From contig JBBDTI010000013.1 in assembly GCA_040904565.1 (NCBI GenBank), forward strand, positions 120,268 through 184,267: a stretch of 64,000 nt of DNA. The letters run 5' to 3'. The first letter of the stretch is position 1. Each line of letters begins with the position of its first letter. A program made the position numbers and the translations under genes. Source of the stretch: Rhodothermales bacterium. GTDB lineage: Bacteria > Bacteroidota > Rhodothermia > Rhodothermales > VXPQ01. Of this stretch, positions 37,768 through 47,978 are shown in pieces. Below the pieces are notes generated by a model. That model ran no database searches. It worked only from the letters and a program-made list of their open reading frames with translations, and had not been told where the DNA came from.

Positions 37768-38290
37768 GACGGGTCAGGATAGGTCAGCACGTACAGACAA
37801 GGACGGATTTACGGCGCATGAGGTTCGGATCGAGCGCGTGGTTTCGGGCGGACAGACCGGAGTCGATCGCGCGGCGCTGGACGCTGCGATGGGCGCAGGA
37901 ATTCCGGTCGGCGGATGGTGTCCGAGGCATCGGCGCGCCGAGGACGGTCCCATACCGGAGCGGTATCCGCTGAAAGAGACGGCGAGTGCAGAATACGAAC
38001 AGCGCACGTCCTGGAACGTCCGCGACAGTGACGGCACGCTGATTCTGACCGGCGGGAATCCGACAGGGGGTACGGCGCTCACCATCGAAGAGGCCCGGAG
38101 ACGCGGTAAGCCGTTTCTGGTAACCAGTCCTACGACCGACAACGTGCGCGGCGCTGCGAATTGGATCGCACGCGAAAGAGTTCGAACGCTGAACGTTGCG
38201 GGTCCGCGAGCGAGTACGGAGCCAGGGGTGAACGAGGCCGCGATGCGGTTCATGACGCACCTGCTGGCGGAGTTTCGGTCGATTTCCTAG
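37766..38290 (+). CDS. SLOG-superfamily protein (cpYpsA / 'putative molybdenum carrier')
   Basis: '[14 protein letters not shown]', 'GGWCP..R.AEDG', '[12 protein letters not shown]', 'LNVAGPRAS'. Confidence 0.88.
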   Translation: MTGQDRSARTDKDGFTAHEVRIERVVSGGQTGVDRAALDAAMGAGIPVGGWCPRHRRAEDGPIPERYPLKETASAEYEQRTSWNVRDSDGTLILTGGNPTGGTALTIEEARRRGKPFLVTSPTTDNVRGAANWIARERVRTLNVAGPRASTEPGVNEAAMRFMTHLLAEFRSIS

Positions 38291-39069
38291 GAGACCTCTT
38301 CCTGGGCGTCCATCCTGACCGTTACGCCGGCATCGGCGAGGAATTGCTTGGCGTCCAACACCGAGAACTCGCGGAAATGGAATATTGATGCAGCCAGCAC
38401 CGCATCGGCGTGACCGTCGTGCAAGGCGTCTCGAAGATGCTGAAGGGCTCCTGCTCCGCCTGAAGCAATGACAGGGATGGATACGCGCGACGTAATGGCG
38501 TCGAGAAGCCGGACGTCGTATCCGTCCTTCGTGCCGTCCCTGTCCATCGAGGTGACCAGCAACTCGCCGGCGCCGCGACGCTCGGCCTCCACGGCCCACT
38601 CGACGGCGTCGAGTCCGACCGGCTTGCGGCCTCCGTGCGTGAAAACCTCCCACGAGCCGGGTTCGGTCTGTTTGGCGTCAATCGCCACGACGATGCACTG
38701 CGAGCCGAAGGCCTCGGCACCGCGCGTGATGAGCTCGGGATCCCGTATCGCGGCCGAATTGACGGCCACTTTATCAGCCCCCGCCTGCAGCATGGCACGC
38801 ATGTCGTCCACCGTACGCAATCCGCCCCCCACCGTGAGGGGTATGAAGACCTGGTCTGCCGTTCGCCGGACGACATCGTGCATGATCCCCCGATCTTCGT
38901 GCGTGGCCGTGATGTCGAGGAAGACGAGTTCGTCGGCGCCGGATTTGTCGTAGAAACGCGCCTGTTCTACGGGGTCGCCCGCATCCACGATGTCGACGAA
39001 TCGAACGCCCTTGACAACTCGCCCCTGATCTACGTCGAGGCAAGGAATTATCCGCTTGGCGAGTGCCAT
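38287..39069 (-). CDS. hisF: Imidazole glycerol phosphate synthase cyclase subunit
   Basis: '[11 protein letters not shown]', '[12 protein letters not shown]', '[11 protein letters not shown]'. Confidence 0.97.
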   Translation of the reverse strand: MALAKRIIPCLDVDQGRVVKGVRFVDIVDAGDPVEQARFYDKSGADELVFLDITATHEDRGIMHDVVRRTADQVFIPLTVGGGLRTVDDMRAMLQAGADKVAVNSAAIRDPELITRGAEAFGSQCIVVAIDAKQTEPGSWEVFTHGGRKPVGLDAVEWAVEAERRGAGELLVTSMDRDGTKDGYDVRLLDAITSRVSIPVIASGGAGALQHLRDALHDGHADAVLAASIFHFREFSVLDAKQFLADAGVTVRMDAQEEVS

Positions 39070-39863
39070 CAGCAGTCGCGCGTTAGGTCCTTGAGGGCGT
39101 TTGCCGTGGAATATCGGTCGAGGTCGACGTCGTCCTTGTAATTCCAGCACCAGAACTGCTGGCACGGAAACTTATTCTCGTAGAGCGCGCGGCCGATGAT
39201 GACCGAGTCGACGCCGTACGACTCTATCTCCTTGAGTCGAATCAGGTCCTCGTAATCGCCCACGCCGCCGGAGGCCGTGATCTTAGCGTGATGGAGGTGC
39301 TCGCCGAGCGTCCGGTACGCCTCGATATTCGGACCGTGCATCGTCCCATCGCGGCTGATGTCCGTGTAGATGATACGTCGGACGCCGCGTCGTTCCATAT
39401 CTACCGCCAGATCGATGGCCTGGATGCCGCTACCTTCAGTCCATCCGTCGACGCGGACCTCTCCGTTGCGTGCGTCGATGCCTACGACAACGCGGCTGCA
39501 CGTATAGCGATCGACGGCCTCCGTCACCAAATCCGGATCGCGAACCGCTGCCGTACCGATGATGACGCGATAGACGCCCAGTTCGAGTACCTCTTCGATG
39601 TCGTCCATCGTCCGGATTCCGCCGCCGAGCTGGACGGGGATGTCGAGTTCGGCACAGATACGACGAACGACGTCCCGGTTGTGAGAGCCGTCATTCCGTG
39701 CTGCGTCGAGGTCGACGACGTGCAGGACGCGCGCATTCTGAACGCGCCAGAGCTTGGCCATCTTGACGGGATCGTCGAAATAGACCGTTTCCTGCTCGTA
39801 CGAACCCTGATACAGGCGGACGCACTTGCCGTCGCGCAGGTCTATGGCGGGGATAACGAGCAT
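39069..39863 (-). CDS. hisA: ProFAR isomerase
   Basis: '[16 protein letters not shown]', 'LHVVDLD', 'GGGIR', 'TDISRDG'. Confidence 0.96.
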   Translation of the reverse strand: MLVIPAIDLRDGKCVRLYQGSYEQETVYFDDPVKMAKLWRVQNARVLHVVDLDAARNDGSHNRDVVRRICAELDIPVQLGGGIRTMDDIEEVLELGVYRVIIGTAAVRDPDLVTEAVDRYTCSRVVVGIDARNGEVRVDGWTEGSGIQAIDLAVDMERRGVRRIIYTDISRDGTMHGPNIEAYRTLGEHLHHAKITASGGVGDYEDLIRLKEIESYGVDSVIIGRALYENKFPCQQFWCWNYKDDVDLDRYSTANALKDLTRDC

Positions 39864-40011
39864 AAGAGAGATACGGCCTCCGGCGGCCGACAACTACTGA
39901 TTACCGCTTGCGACGGCGTCGCGGATAACGTACGCGCAAAAATAAAAGGCAGGAAGCCTATTGCCTCCGCCTTCTGGACCGACCATTATCGCGTACGAAC
40001 GCTAGGCATCG

Positions 40012-40710
40012 TTAACGCTGCAGGGATAGTTCTGCGAAATTGCGCAGAATGCGAAGGCCGTTCTTCTGGCTCTTCTCCGGGTGAAACTGGACCCCAAATA
40101 CGTTGTTCCGGTGCACCACGGCGGGAAACGGCACGCCGTAACAGGAGGTCGCCAGCACGTCGGAAGCCGCCTCAGGGACGGCCACGAAAGAGTGGACGAA
40201 GTAGAAATAGGCCTCGGGAGCAAGCCCAGCGAGAAGCGGCGAGTGCCGCTTTTTCTGGATCGTATTCCAGCCCATATGCGGGATCTTCAGCTCATCCATC
40301 CAGGCCCCGCCGGGTTTACCTTTGCGGGTGGAACGGTTCTGTGGATCGGGTCCGGATTCGTGCGCCGTCGGGGACGGTACGGCGTCGAAGCGAAGTACGC
40401 GGCCGGGCAGTACCCCGAGCCCTTCGTGACTGCCCATCTCCTCGCCGACGTCGAATAGTAACTGCATTCCCACGCAGACCCCCAGGAAGGGCTTGCCCGC
40501 GTCGATGGCATCTTGTATCGGTCCTTCGAGGTCACGCTTGCGGATTTCTGCCGCACAGGCACCGAAGGCACCTACGCCGGGAAGGACCACCTTATCCGCG
40601 CGCGTGATATCGTCCTCGCGATCCGACCTTATTACGTCGGCGCCGACCGCTTCGAACGCCTTCTCGATCGAGCGCAGGTTTCCGATGCCGTAATCGATGA
40701 TCGTAATCAT
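40012..40710 (-). CDS. hisH: Imidazole glycerol phosphate synthase glutaminase subunit
   Basis: 'IDYGIGNL', 'LPGVGAF', 'GVCVGMQ', 'PHMGWN', 'QFHPEKS'. Confidence 0.96.
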   Translation of the reverse strand: MITIIDYGIGNLRSIEKAFEAVGADVIRSDREDDITRADKVVLPGVGAFGACAAEIRKRDLEGPIQDAIDAGKPFLGVCVGMQLLFDVGEEMGSHEGLGVLPGRVLRFDAVPSPTAHESGPDPQNRSTRKGKPGGAWMDELKIPHMGWNTIQKKRHSPLLAGLAPEAYFYFVHSFVAVPEAASDVLATSCYGVPFPAVVHRNNVFGVQFHPEKSQKNGLRILRNFAELSLQR

Positions 40711-40720
40711 GGCGCGAGCC

Positions 40721-41539
40721 TCAGCCCTCACTTAACTCCTTCGAACGCGCGGTGGCCGTCGCGACGGCGTTGATGATCATCGTGCGCAAGCCGTGGGCCT
40801 CGAGCTCCGCCACGGCGGCGATCGCCGTGCCGCCGGGCGTCGTGACCTCGTCACGCAGGATGGCCGGATGCTTGCCCGTGTCACGCACAAGCTTGGAGGC
40901 ACCGTAGACGGTCTGCGTCGCAAGCCGATAGGACGTCGTGCGAGGAAGCCCTTGCTTCACGCCGGCATCGGTCAGCGCTTCAATGAACATGTAGACGTAG
41001 GCAGGGCCGCTGCCGGAGAGACCCGTGACGGCATCCATCAAATATTCAGGAACGATCTCCACCGTCCCCACGGCCTCGAAAATGTGTTCGGCCAATGCCA
41101 CGTGCTGCGGTGTGGCGAAGCGCCCGCCGGAAAGCGCCGTGGCACCTTCGTCGACCAGCGCCGGCGTATTCGGCATCGTGCGCACCACGGGTACGTCCAC
41201 GCCCAGCGCCTCCTGCATGGCTTCGGTCGTGATACCGGCCAGGACGGACATGACCAGTGTTTCGGGGCCAACGTGCTCCTTGATGTCGCCGATGACGTCT
41301 CGAAACGTCTGCGGCTTCACGGCCAGTATGACGATGGAGGCATGCCGGACGGCTTCGCCGTTGTCGGTCGTCGTCCGAATGCCCGGGAAATCACGTTCGA
41401 GGTCTTGCAGCGCACGCGGACTACGGCGCGTGGCCCAGAGCTGCGACGGCTCGAATTCGTGGCCCTTGATCAGTCCGCCGATAAGGGAGCGGCCGATGTT
41501 GCCGGCACCGATAATTGCAATGGTCTGATTCGATAACAT
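40721..41539 (-). CDS. proC: Pyrroline-5-carboxylate reductase
   Basis: 'IGAGNIG', 'LAVKPQ', 'RTMPNTPA', 'GLSGSGPAY', 'VTTPGGT'. Confidence 0.96.
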   Translation of the reverse strand: MLSNQTIAIIGAGNIGRSLIGGLIKGHEFEPSQLWATRRSPRALQDLERDFPGIRTTTDNGEAVRHASIVILAVKPQTFRDVIGDIKEHVGPETLVMSVLAGITTEAMQEALGVDVPVVRTMPNTPALVDEGATALSGGRFATPQHVALAEHIFEAVGTVEIVPEYLMDAVTGLSGSGPAYVYMFIEALTDAGVKQGLPRTTSYRLATQTVYGASKLVRDTGKHPAILRDEVTTPGGTAIAAVAELEAHGLRTMIINAVATATARSKELSEG

Positions 41540-41637
41540 AGGCGTGCGTGGTGCGATAGCGGGTACATGATGGACCGGGCGAAGCCGGCAAGCGCTTTCG
41601 GCTCGCCTGGCCGCGAAACGCTCGAGAGGCCGGCTGT

Positions 41638-42270
41638 CTAGAGCGTTCCTTTCGTCGACGGCATTCGGCTGAAGGCGGCGTCGCGATGGACGGCCTCGCG
41701 GAGTGCGCGTGCGACGGCCTTAAAGATGGCCTCGATCTGGTGATGCGCATTTCGGCCGTGCAACACATCGACGTGCAGGTTGCACCGCGCGTGTTCCGCA
41801 AAAGAATACCAGAAGTGTTCGACCATCTCCACGGGTAGATCCCCGACGCGCTCGCTCGCGATATCGGCACGAAAGTGGAGATAAAATCGTCCGGAAAGGT
41901 CGATGACGGCTCGAGCGAGCGATGCGTCCATGGGTACGTAGGCGTGCCCGTACCGGCGGATGAATCCCTTCTCTCCCAGTGCTTCCCCAAACGCCTGTCC
42001 AAGGGCGATGCCCACGTCCTCTACCGTGTGGTGCGCGTCTACCTCCAGGTCTCCGTCACAACGAACGTGGAGTCCGAACCGGCCGTGCTTGGCAAAGAGG
42101 TCCAGCATGTGATCCAGAAAGCCGATGCCTGTTTTGTTGTCGTAGGCATCGCCCGCATCGAGGTTCAGCTCGATGCGTACGCTCGTTTCATTCGTTTCGC
42201 GTACGATCGCAGCGGTTCGCGCACGAAAGTCGCGTTGCTGCGCGGTGTCGGATGTCGATTCGTCGGGCAT
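41638..42270 (-). CDS. hisB: Imidazoleglycerol-phosphate dehydratase
   Basis: 'RETNET', 'FLDHML', 'DAHHTVED', 'NAHHQIEA.FKA', 'PSTKG'. Confidence 0.97.
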   Translation of the reverse strand: MPDESTSDTAQQRDFRARTAAIVRETNETSVRIELNLDAGDAYDNKTGIGFLDHMLDLFAKHGRFGLHVRCDGDLEVDAHHTVEDVGIALGQAFGEALGEKGFIRRYGHAYVPMDASLARAVIDLSGRFYLHFRADIASERVGDLPVEMVEHFWYSFAEHARCNLHVDVLHGRNAHHQIEAIFKAVARALREAVHRDAAFSRMPSTKGTL

Positions 42271-42430
42271 GGATTGGTGTAGGCTGCGGTTGGGCCGTAT
42301 GCGTCGAACATCAATTAGCGGCAGTCGTACTGTATAACTTAAACCAATTTTTGTTCATTCTTGGCCTGCCGGAGCCGGGACGCGTACCGCCGGCGGCAGG
42401 CCCGCGCTCCTATCCACCAAAGAATTATTC

Positions 42431-44539
42431 ATGCCGAAGCGTGACTTCGACCGCATCCTCGTAACCTCCGCGCTGCCGTATGCGAACGGCCCCATTCACC
42501 TCGGACACGTGGCCGGTGCCTATCTGCCGGCCGATCTATACGTGCGGTATCAGCGCCTCAAGGGCCGCGACGTCGTGTACGTATGCGGGTCCGATGAATT
42601 CGGTGTGGCCATCATGATGCGGGCCCGGAAGCAGGGCATCTCGCCGAAAGACATCGTGGATGAATATCATCCGATGATCGTCGACAGCTTCGAGCGATTC
42701 GGCATGAGCTTCGATTTCTATGGGCGGACGACCTCGGACGTGCATCGTGAGACGAGCCAGGCGTTTTTCCGCACGCTCGCGGAGAAGGGCTCATTCACAC
42801 TGAAGACGGAGGAGCAGCTCTACGACCCGGAAGCGGAAATCTTCCTCGCCGATCGGTTCGTGCGCGGAACGTGCCCCGTGTGCGGCTACGAGGATGCGTA
42901 CGGTGACCAGTGCGAGCATTGCGGGTCGTCTCTGAGTCCGCAAGAGCTCGAGAATCCCCGGAGCGCGCTCACGGATGCAACGCCGGAAATGCGGGAGACG
43001 ACCCACTGGTACATCCCCCTGGGGAAATTTCAACCGGCGCTCGAGAAATGGATCGCCACCCACGAGGAGTGGAAGCCGAACGTGCTCGGTCAGGTCAAGA
43101 GCTGGTTTCAGGATGGGTTGAAGGATCGCGCGATAACGCGTGACGTCGGCTGGGGCGTGCCTGTCCCGGAGGACGTGGCGAAGCAGGTCGGCGTCGATGT
43201 AGCCGGGAAAGTCATTTACGTCTGGTTCGACGCACCGATTGGATACATCTCTGCGACGAAAGAGTGGGCCGCCGCGAAGGGAAATCCCGATGCGTGGAAG
43301 ACGTACTGGCAGGACGAGAACACGAAGCTGGTCCACTTCATCGGAAAGGACAACATCGTTTTCCACTGCCTGATGTTTCCGGCCATGCTCATGGAGCACG
43401 GGGAGTTCGTGCTGCCGGACAATGTACCTGCTAACGAATTCCTGAATCTGGAGGGTAAGAAGCTATCCACGAGCCGGGGATGGGCCGTGTGGCTGCACGA
43501 GTATCTCGAGGAGTTTCCGCCGGACCTGCTCCGGTACGCGCTGGCGACGACCCTACCGGAAACGAAGGACGCCGATTTCAGCTGGAGCGACTTCCAGGCC
43601 CGAGTAAACGGGGAGCTGGCCGACGTGCTCGGCAATTTCGTCAACCGGGCACTGACGTTTGCAGACCGCTACTTCGACGGGCGGGTGCCGGAGTTGAAGG
43701 ATGCGTCGGAGGCGGATCGGGACGTGCTGGATGCCATCGCGGCGTACCCGGCCAAAATTGCAGAACGATATGAGGCCTTCCGAAATCGCGAAGCCGTCTT
43801 CGAGACGATGAATCTGGCGAGGCTCGGCAACAAATATTTCAACGATACGGAGCCGTGGCATACTCGCACGTCCGACCCACAGGCGTGCGCCAACACGGTG
43901 CACGTTTCATTACAGATCTGTGCGGCCCTCGCCGTGCTCCTCGATCCGATTCTTCCGCACGCTACCGGACGGTTACGGGAGATGCTGCGGCTGGAGGGCG
44001 TCCGTTCCAGCGGACCGGACGGGTCACGAGAAGGGATCGGATGGGAGGATGCGGGCAGGCCGCTGCTCGATGCCGGACACGAGCTTGGCGAGTCGGACAT
44101 CCTTTTCTCAAAGGTGGAGGACGATCGCATCGAAGCGCAGCGTGAAAAGCTTCGGCGCCGAGCTGCCGACGAAGAGAACGACGCCGAACCGGATGCGGAA
44201 CCGTATCCGCCGGTGAAGCAGACGATCGATTTTGGCGATTTCATAAAACTGGATCTGCGGGCCGGCGTCGTCACGGAGGCCGACCGCGTCGAGAAATCAG
44301 ACAAGCTCGTCCGCACGGTCGTCGACCTGGGGTTCGAGAGCCGGCAGATTCTGGCGGGCGTGGCCGAGCAGATGGTACCGGAGGAGCTCGTCGGGAGGCG
44401 GGTCGTGGTCGTCGCCAACCTCGAGCCGAAGACGATGTTCGGGATGGAGAGCCAGGGGATGATACTCATGGCCGAAGACCGCACCGGAACGCTCTCGCTT
44501 ATTTCGACAGAGGGAGAGGAGGGATCCGTGGTGCGGTGA
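42431..44539 (+). CDS. metG: Methionine--tRNA ligase with C-terminal tRNA-binding domain
   Basis: 'ALPYANGPIHLGH', Zn knuckle CPVC/CEHC, 'KLSTS', C-terminal OB fold 'LDLRAG...ESQGM'. Confidence 0.98.
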   Translation: MPKRDFDRILVTSALPYANGPIHLGHVAGAYLPADLYVRYQRLKGRDVVYVCGSDEFGVAIMMRARKQGISPKDIVDEYHPMIVDSFERFGMSFDFYGRTTSDVHRETSQAFFRTLAEKGSFTLKTEEQLYDPEAEIFLADRFVRGTCPVCGYEDAYGDQCEHCGSSLSPQELENPRSALTDATPEMRETTHWYIPLGKFQPALEKWIATHEEWKPNVLGQVKSWFQDGLKDRAITRDVGWGVPVPEDVAKQVGVDVAGKVIYVWFDAPIGYISATKEWAAAKGNPDAWKTYWQDENTKLVHFIGKDNIVFHCLMFPAMLMEHGEFVLPDNVPANEFLNLEGKKLSTSRGWAVWLHEYLEEFPPDLLRYALATTLPETKDADFSWSDFQARVNGELADVLGNFVNRALTFADRYFDGRVPELKDASEADRDVLDAIAAYPAKIAERYEAFRNREAVFETMNLARLGNKYFNDTEPWHTRTSDPQACANTVHVSLQICAALAVLLDPILPHATGRLREMLRLEGVRSSGPDGSREGIGWEDAGRPLLDAGHELGESDILFSKVEDDRIEAQREKLRRRAADEENDAEPDAEPYPPVKQTIDFGDFIKLDLRAGVVTEADRVEKSDKLVRTVVDLGFESRQILAGVAEQMVPEELVGRRVVVVANLEPKTMFGMESQGMILMAEDRTGTLSLISTEGEEGSVVR

Positions 44540-44589
44540 GGCACGCGTGCGGGCGCGTGTAGCAGTCGGCGTACGACGTCGATGGCAAT

Positions 44590-44628
44590 AAAAAAAAGGT
44601 GCCTCCCCCGGATAGGAGGAGGCACCTT
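44590..44628 (-). terminator. Intrinsic terminator between convergent metG and the lipoprotein gene
   Basis: 11-bp stem aaggtgcctcc/ggaggcacctt with an A8 tract on + (U8 on -). Confidence 0.85.
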
Positions 44629-44683
44629 CTCGCGAGGTCCGCGGCCCTGGCCGCCGCGGACTCCCGTATGGTCGATTCGAACG

Positions 44684-45952
44684 TTATGAGGCACTCAACA
44701 TGGCCAGGACATCGGCCGCCAGTGAAGCCTTCGTCGTGGCACCCGCAAGGGAGGCCTCTATGGCGGATTGCGCGGACGCGTAGAATTGAACGTACGCGTT
44801 CGCTATGGCTGCAGCAGACCCCGCGGCCGACACGGCGGCATTCAGGGCAGTCTTGGATGTCGAGATGGCCGCTGCCGCCGTCTCCAGCACGGAGAGGTCA
44901 ACATTTGCCTCGGCGCCAAGCTCGGTCTTGACCTCAGACTCGTAGCTGGCGTGTGCTTCGCCGATGGCACTGGCCGAACCGGCTGCTCGTATAGCGGCGA
45001 TCAGATCCGCTCGCGCATCAGCCAGAGCGGTGAGACGATCGTTGGATGCTCCCTCCGATTCAAACGAAGCCTCAACGGCATGTGCCATGGCCAGCGATGC
45101 CATGAGCTCGGCCTGCTTTTCCATCGCGAACGTGGGGGCTCCCATACGCACGAGGGCCGCACGCCCGGACTGCCGTGCTCTAGCCTGCGTGGCGATGTGT
45201 ACGCCTGCGGACGTGTAGGCTTCGATCAAGGCGACCTCAAATTGCTCGACGACGTCCGCCCGCGCAGATGCATCGGCAGCGGCGTCCAGGTCGGCCTGAA
45301 GCGCGAAGAAGGCCTGATTGTGATTCTCCCTAGCCTCTTCGGCCTCTTCGTTGCCTTGTTCCTGGCGCACGTAGTTCGTTCTCGCTTCTACCTCAGCCCG
45401 TATGGAGGAAGCGATGTCGGCGGCACTTCGCGAACCGGCGTGCACTTCTCCGGCAACCTCGGATGTAACGTAAGCAGCGACGTCGGCCATCGTAACAGCG
45501 GCGGCCTCATCCTGTCTGCGAGCCTCAACCAGTACGTCGGCTTCCGCGTGTGATTCAGCCGTAAGCGGCATGGTCGTGACCGTCGAACGGCCATCTACGT
45601 AGACGATGGCTTTCGATTCGAAGTCGCCGTCCTTCGCCACGATGACGACGACGTCACCCGGAGTCTGGACCTCGAGACTGAAACGTCCCTGGGCATTCGT
45701 CGTCGTCTGGCCTTCGAGCTGGTTCAGCGAGCCGTCAGCGGAGACGGTGGCGGCCGTGACGACCGCGCCTTCGACGCCCGCCAGCATGGCCGTTATCTTC
45801 CCATTGCCGGATTCATCCGTCACCTGGCCGGTCAGCGTGGCGGAGCCGCTCGCCCCGCCGTTCGCATCGACGGAGCTGTCGCACCCCATCAATCCGATGA
45901 GCGCCAGCGATAAACAAAGCGTGACAAATCGATATGCGTGGGTGGTTATCAT
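44684..45952 (-). CDS. Ala-rich hypothetical lipoprotein
   Basis: Lipobox 'LMG-C'; beta-rich N-domain followed by long Ala/Glu helices; has its own terminator. Confidence 0.8.
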   Translation of the reverse strand: MITTHAYRFVTLCLSLALIGLMGCDSSVDANGGASGSATLTGQVTDESGNGKITAMLAGVEGAVVTAATVSADGSLNQLEGQTTTNAQGRFSLEVQTPGDVVVIVAKDGDFESKAIVYVDGRSTVTTMPLTAESHAEADVLVEARRQDEAAAVTMADVAAYVTSEVAGEVHAGSRSAADIASSIRAEVEARTNYVRQEQGNEEAEEARENHNQAFFALQADLDAAADASARADVVEQFEVALIEAYTSAGVHIATQARARQSGRAALVRMGAPTFAMEKQAELMASLAMAHAVEASFESEGASNDRLTALADARADLIAAIRAAGSASAIGEAHASYESEVKTELGAEANVDLSVLETAAAAISTSKTALNAAVSAAGSAAAIANAYVQFYASAQSAIEASLAGATTKASLAADVLAMLSAS

Positions 45953-46265
45953 ACCTGTTGTTTACGTCTGTGGTAGGGTCATTCAAGTACCGAACGCAAC
46001 CCCATCACGGGGCCTCGTTCGAATGTCTTCCAGACCGGTCACCGCCGATTCGAGATCGGACGGCATCCGGCTGTGCTGGTAACATGCTAGGCCAATGACC
46101 GTGCCGAACGTCGTTATCGCGCGTAAACAGACATGTTTGTAACGTGGCCTCGAGAGGAGTACGTGACCGGACAGCTCTGGAAACCGATGCGTGGGGAGGG
46201 GCCGTGCGCACGTTATGCACGCACTGCGAACGTAGTGCGCGCATTTTATCGGGAGGTGCGGATAC

Positions 46266-46312
46266 AAAAAAACCGGACGTGGAAACGCCCGAAGAGGACG
46301 TTCCGCATCCGG
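46266..46312 (-). terminator. Intrinsic terminator after lpdA
   Basis: Minus strand reads ccggatgcggaacgtcc-tcttc-gggcgtttccacgtccgg followed by T7. Confidence 0.75.
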
Positions 46313-46412
46313 CATGAGAGCAGGACTCTGGAGCCGTGTCGATTAGTTTACCGCCGGAGCTACGTGCAGGCGGAGCCAGGCGCCGCTTGTATGCGGCCGA
46401 CTCGGGCGGCGG

Positions 46413-47834
46413 TCACGTGTTGATGGACATGCCCAGCGCGTCGCGCGAGGCCTCCATGATGGATTCGGAGAGCGTGGGATGCGGATGCATGGCTTCGATG
46501 ATCTCGTGGGCCGTCGTCTCCAGCTCGCGGGCCGTCACGGCCTCAGCGATCAGCTCCGTCGCGTCGCGCCCGATGATGTGGCATCCGAGCCACTCGCCGT
46601 ACTCGGCATCGTAGATGACTTTAACGAATCCCTCTCCGTGGCCCAGCGCGGCCGCCTTGCCGGACGCCGAAAATGGAAACTTGCCGACGTTCACCTCGAA
46701 GCCCTCCTCTCGGGCCTGCTCTTCGGTGTACCCGACGGACGCGATTTGCGGCTGGCAGTACGTGCAGCCCGGAATGTTCTTGTAGTTCATCGGTCGTACA
46801 TGCTCACCGGCGATCTTCTCGATGCACTTGATGCCTTCGTGGCTCGCCTTGTGGGCCAGCCAGGGGCCGCCGGCCACGTCACCTATCGCATAGATGCCCT
46901 CAACGTTGGTACGGTAGAAGTCATCCACCACGATTTTGCCCGGCTCGGTCTCGACGCCGACGTCTTCGAGACCGAGGTCTTCCGTATTGCCTACGACGCC
47001 GACGGCCGAGAGAACCTGATCGCATTCAATCGTTTCCTCGCCCTTTTTCGTCTTAACCGTTACCTTAATGGATTTGCCGCTTGTGTCGACGGATTGGACC
47101 TCGGAGCCGGTTAGTGCCGTAATGCCCTGCTTCTTAAAGGCACGCGCGAGTTCTTTCGACACGTCAGCATCTTCAACGGGTACGAGCCGATCCAGCAGCT
47201 CGATGATCGTTACCTCGGTGCCCATTTGGTTGTAGAAGTAGGCAAACTCGACGCCTATGGCACCCGCGCCGCAGATAACCATCCGTTTGGGAGGCTCGTC
47301 CTGCAGCATCGCCTCGCGGTACGTTATGATCTTTTCTCCGTCGATCGGCAGCGGAGGGATCTCCCGCGCTCGGGCTCCCGTGGCGATGATGACGTGATTC
47401 GCTTCGACGGTCTTGCTTTCACCGATCTCTTCACCGTCCATATTTGTAGACGGCTCGATCTTGATCTTGCCCTTGCCGGTCAGGCGCCCGCGACCGTAGA
47501 GGACGTCGATCTTGTTCTTCTTCATCAAGAAGTTGACGCCTTTATTCATCTTGTCGGCCACGCCGCGGCTGCGCTCGACGATCTTGGCAAAATCCGCCTT
47601 TACCTCGCCGTCAAGGTTCAGCCCGAAATCCGAGAGGTGGGTCGTCTCTTCCATGACCTCGGCACTCTTTAACAGCGCCTTGGTCGGGATGCAGCCGATA
47701 TTAAGGCAGACGCCACCGAGCTTATCCTTTTCAACGATGCCCGTCTTGAATCCGAGCTGGGCCGAGCGGATAGCGGTCTCATAACCGCCCGGGCCGGATC
47801 CGATGATTACGACATCGTATTTCGCGTTAGCCAT
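46413..47834 (-). CDS. lpdA: Dihydrolipoyl dehydrogenase
   Basis: 'GSGPGGY', 'GGVCLNIGCIP', 'GAGAIGVE', 'HPHPTLSE'. Confidence 0.97.
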   Translation of the reverse strand: MANAKYDVVIIGSGPGGYETAIRSAQLGFKTGIVEKDKLGGVCLNIGCIPTKALLKSAEVMEETTHLSDFGLNLDGEVKADFAKIVERSRGVADKMNKGVNFLMKKNKIDVLYGRGRLTGKGKIKIEPSTNMDGEEIGESKTVEANHVIIATGARAREIPPLPIDGEKIITYREAMLQDEPPKRMVICGAGAIGVEFAYFYNQMGTEVTIIELLDRLVPVEDADVSKELARAFKKQGITALTGSEVQSVDTSGKSIKVTVKTKKGEETIECDQVLSAVGVVGNTEDLGLEDVGVETEPGKIVVDDFYRTNVEGIYAIGDVAGGPWLAHKASHEGIKCIEKIAGEHVRPMNYKNIPGCTYCQPQIASVGYTEEQAREEGFEVNVGKFPFSASGKAAALGHGEGFVKVIYDAEYGEWLGCHIIGRDATELIAEAVTARELETTAHEIIEAMHPHPTLSESIMEASRDALGMSINT

Positions 47835-47978
47835 ATCTTCGTTGTGGTCAGTTACGCGTAGCGAGCTTCAAGGGCGAGATGAACGTAGCGCCGCACCTTT
47901 CTTCCGAAAATATACGTGAGATGCGGCGAAAGGGGTAAGCTTTTGATGAAAACGGATGCCGGGGCCATGCAGGCCGGC

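Noticed and set aside
39288-40607. 439-aa plus-strand ORF
   Set aside because: Antisense to hisA and hisH, with R/S/P-rich non-protein-like composition.
40721-41539. proC inside the his cluster as a novel pathway link
   Set aside because: A canonical ProC; mixed amino-acid biosynthesis operons are common and nothing suggests a new function.
42363-42402. GC hairpin in the metG leader as a T-box or SAM riboswitch
   Set aside because: Only a single stem (ggcctgccg/cggcaggcc); no T-box or SAM consensus and no terminator.
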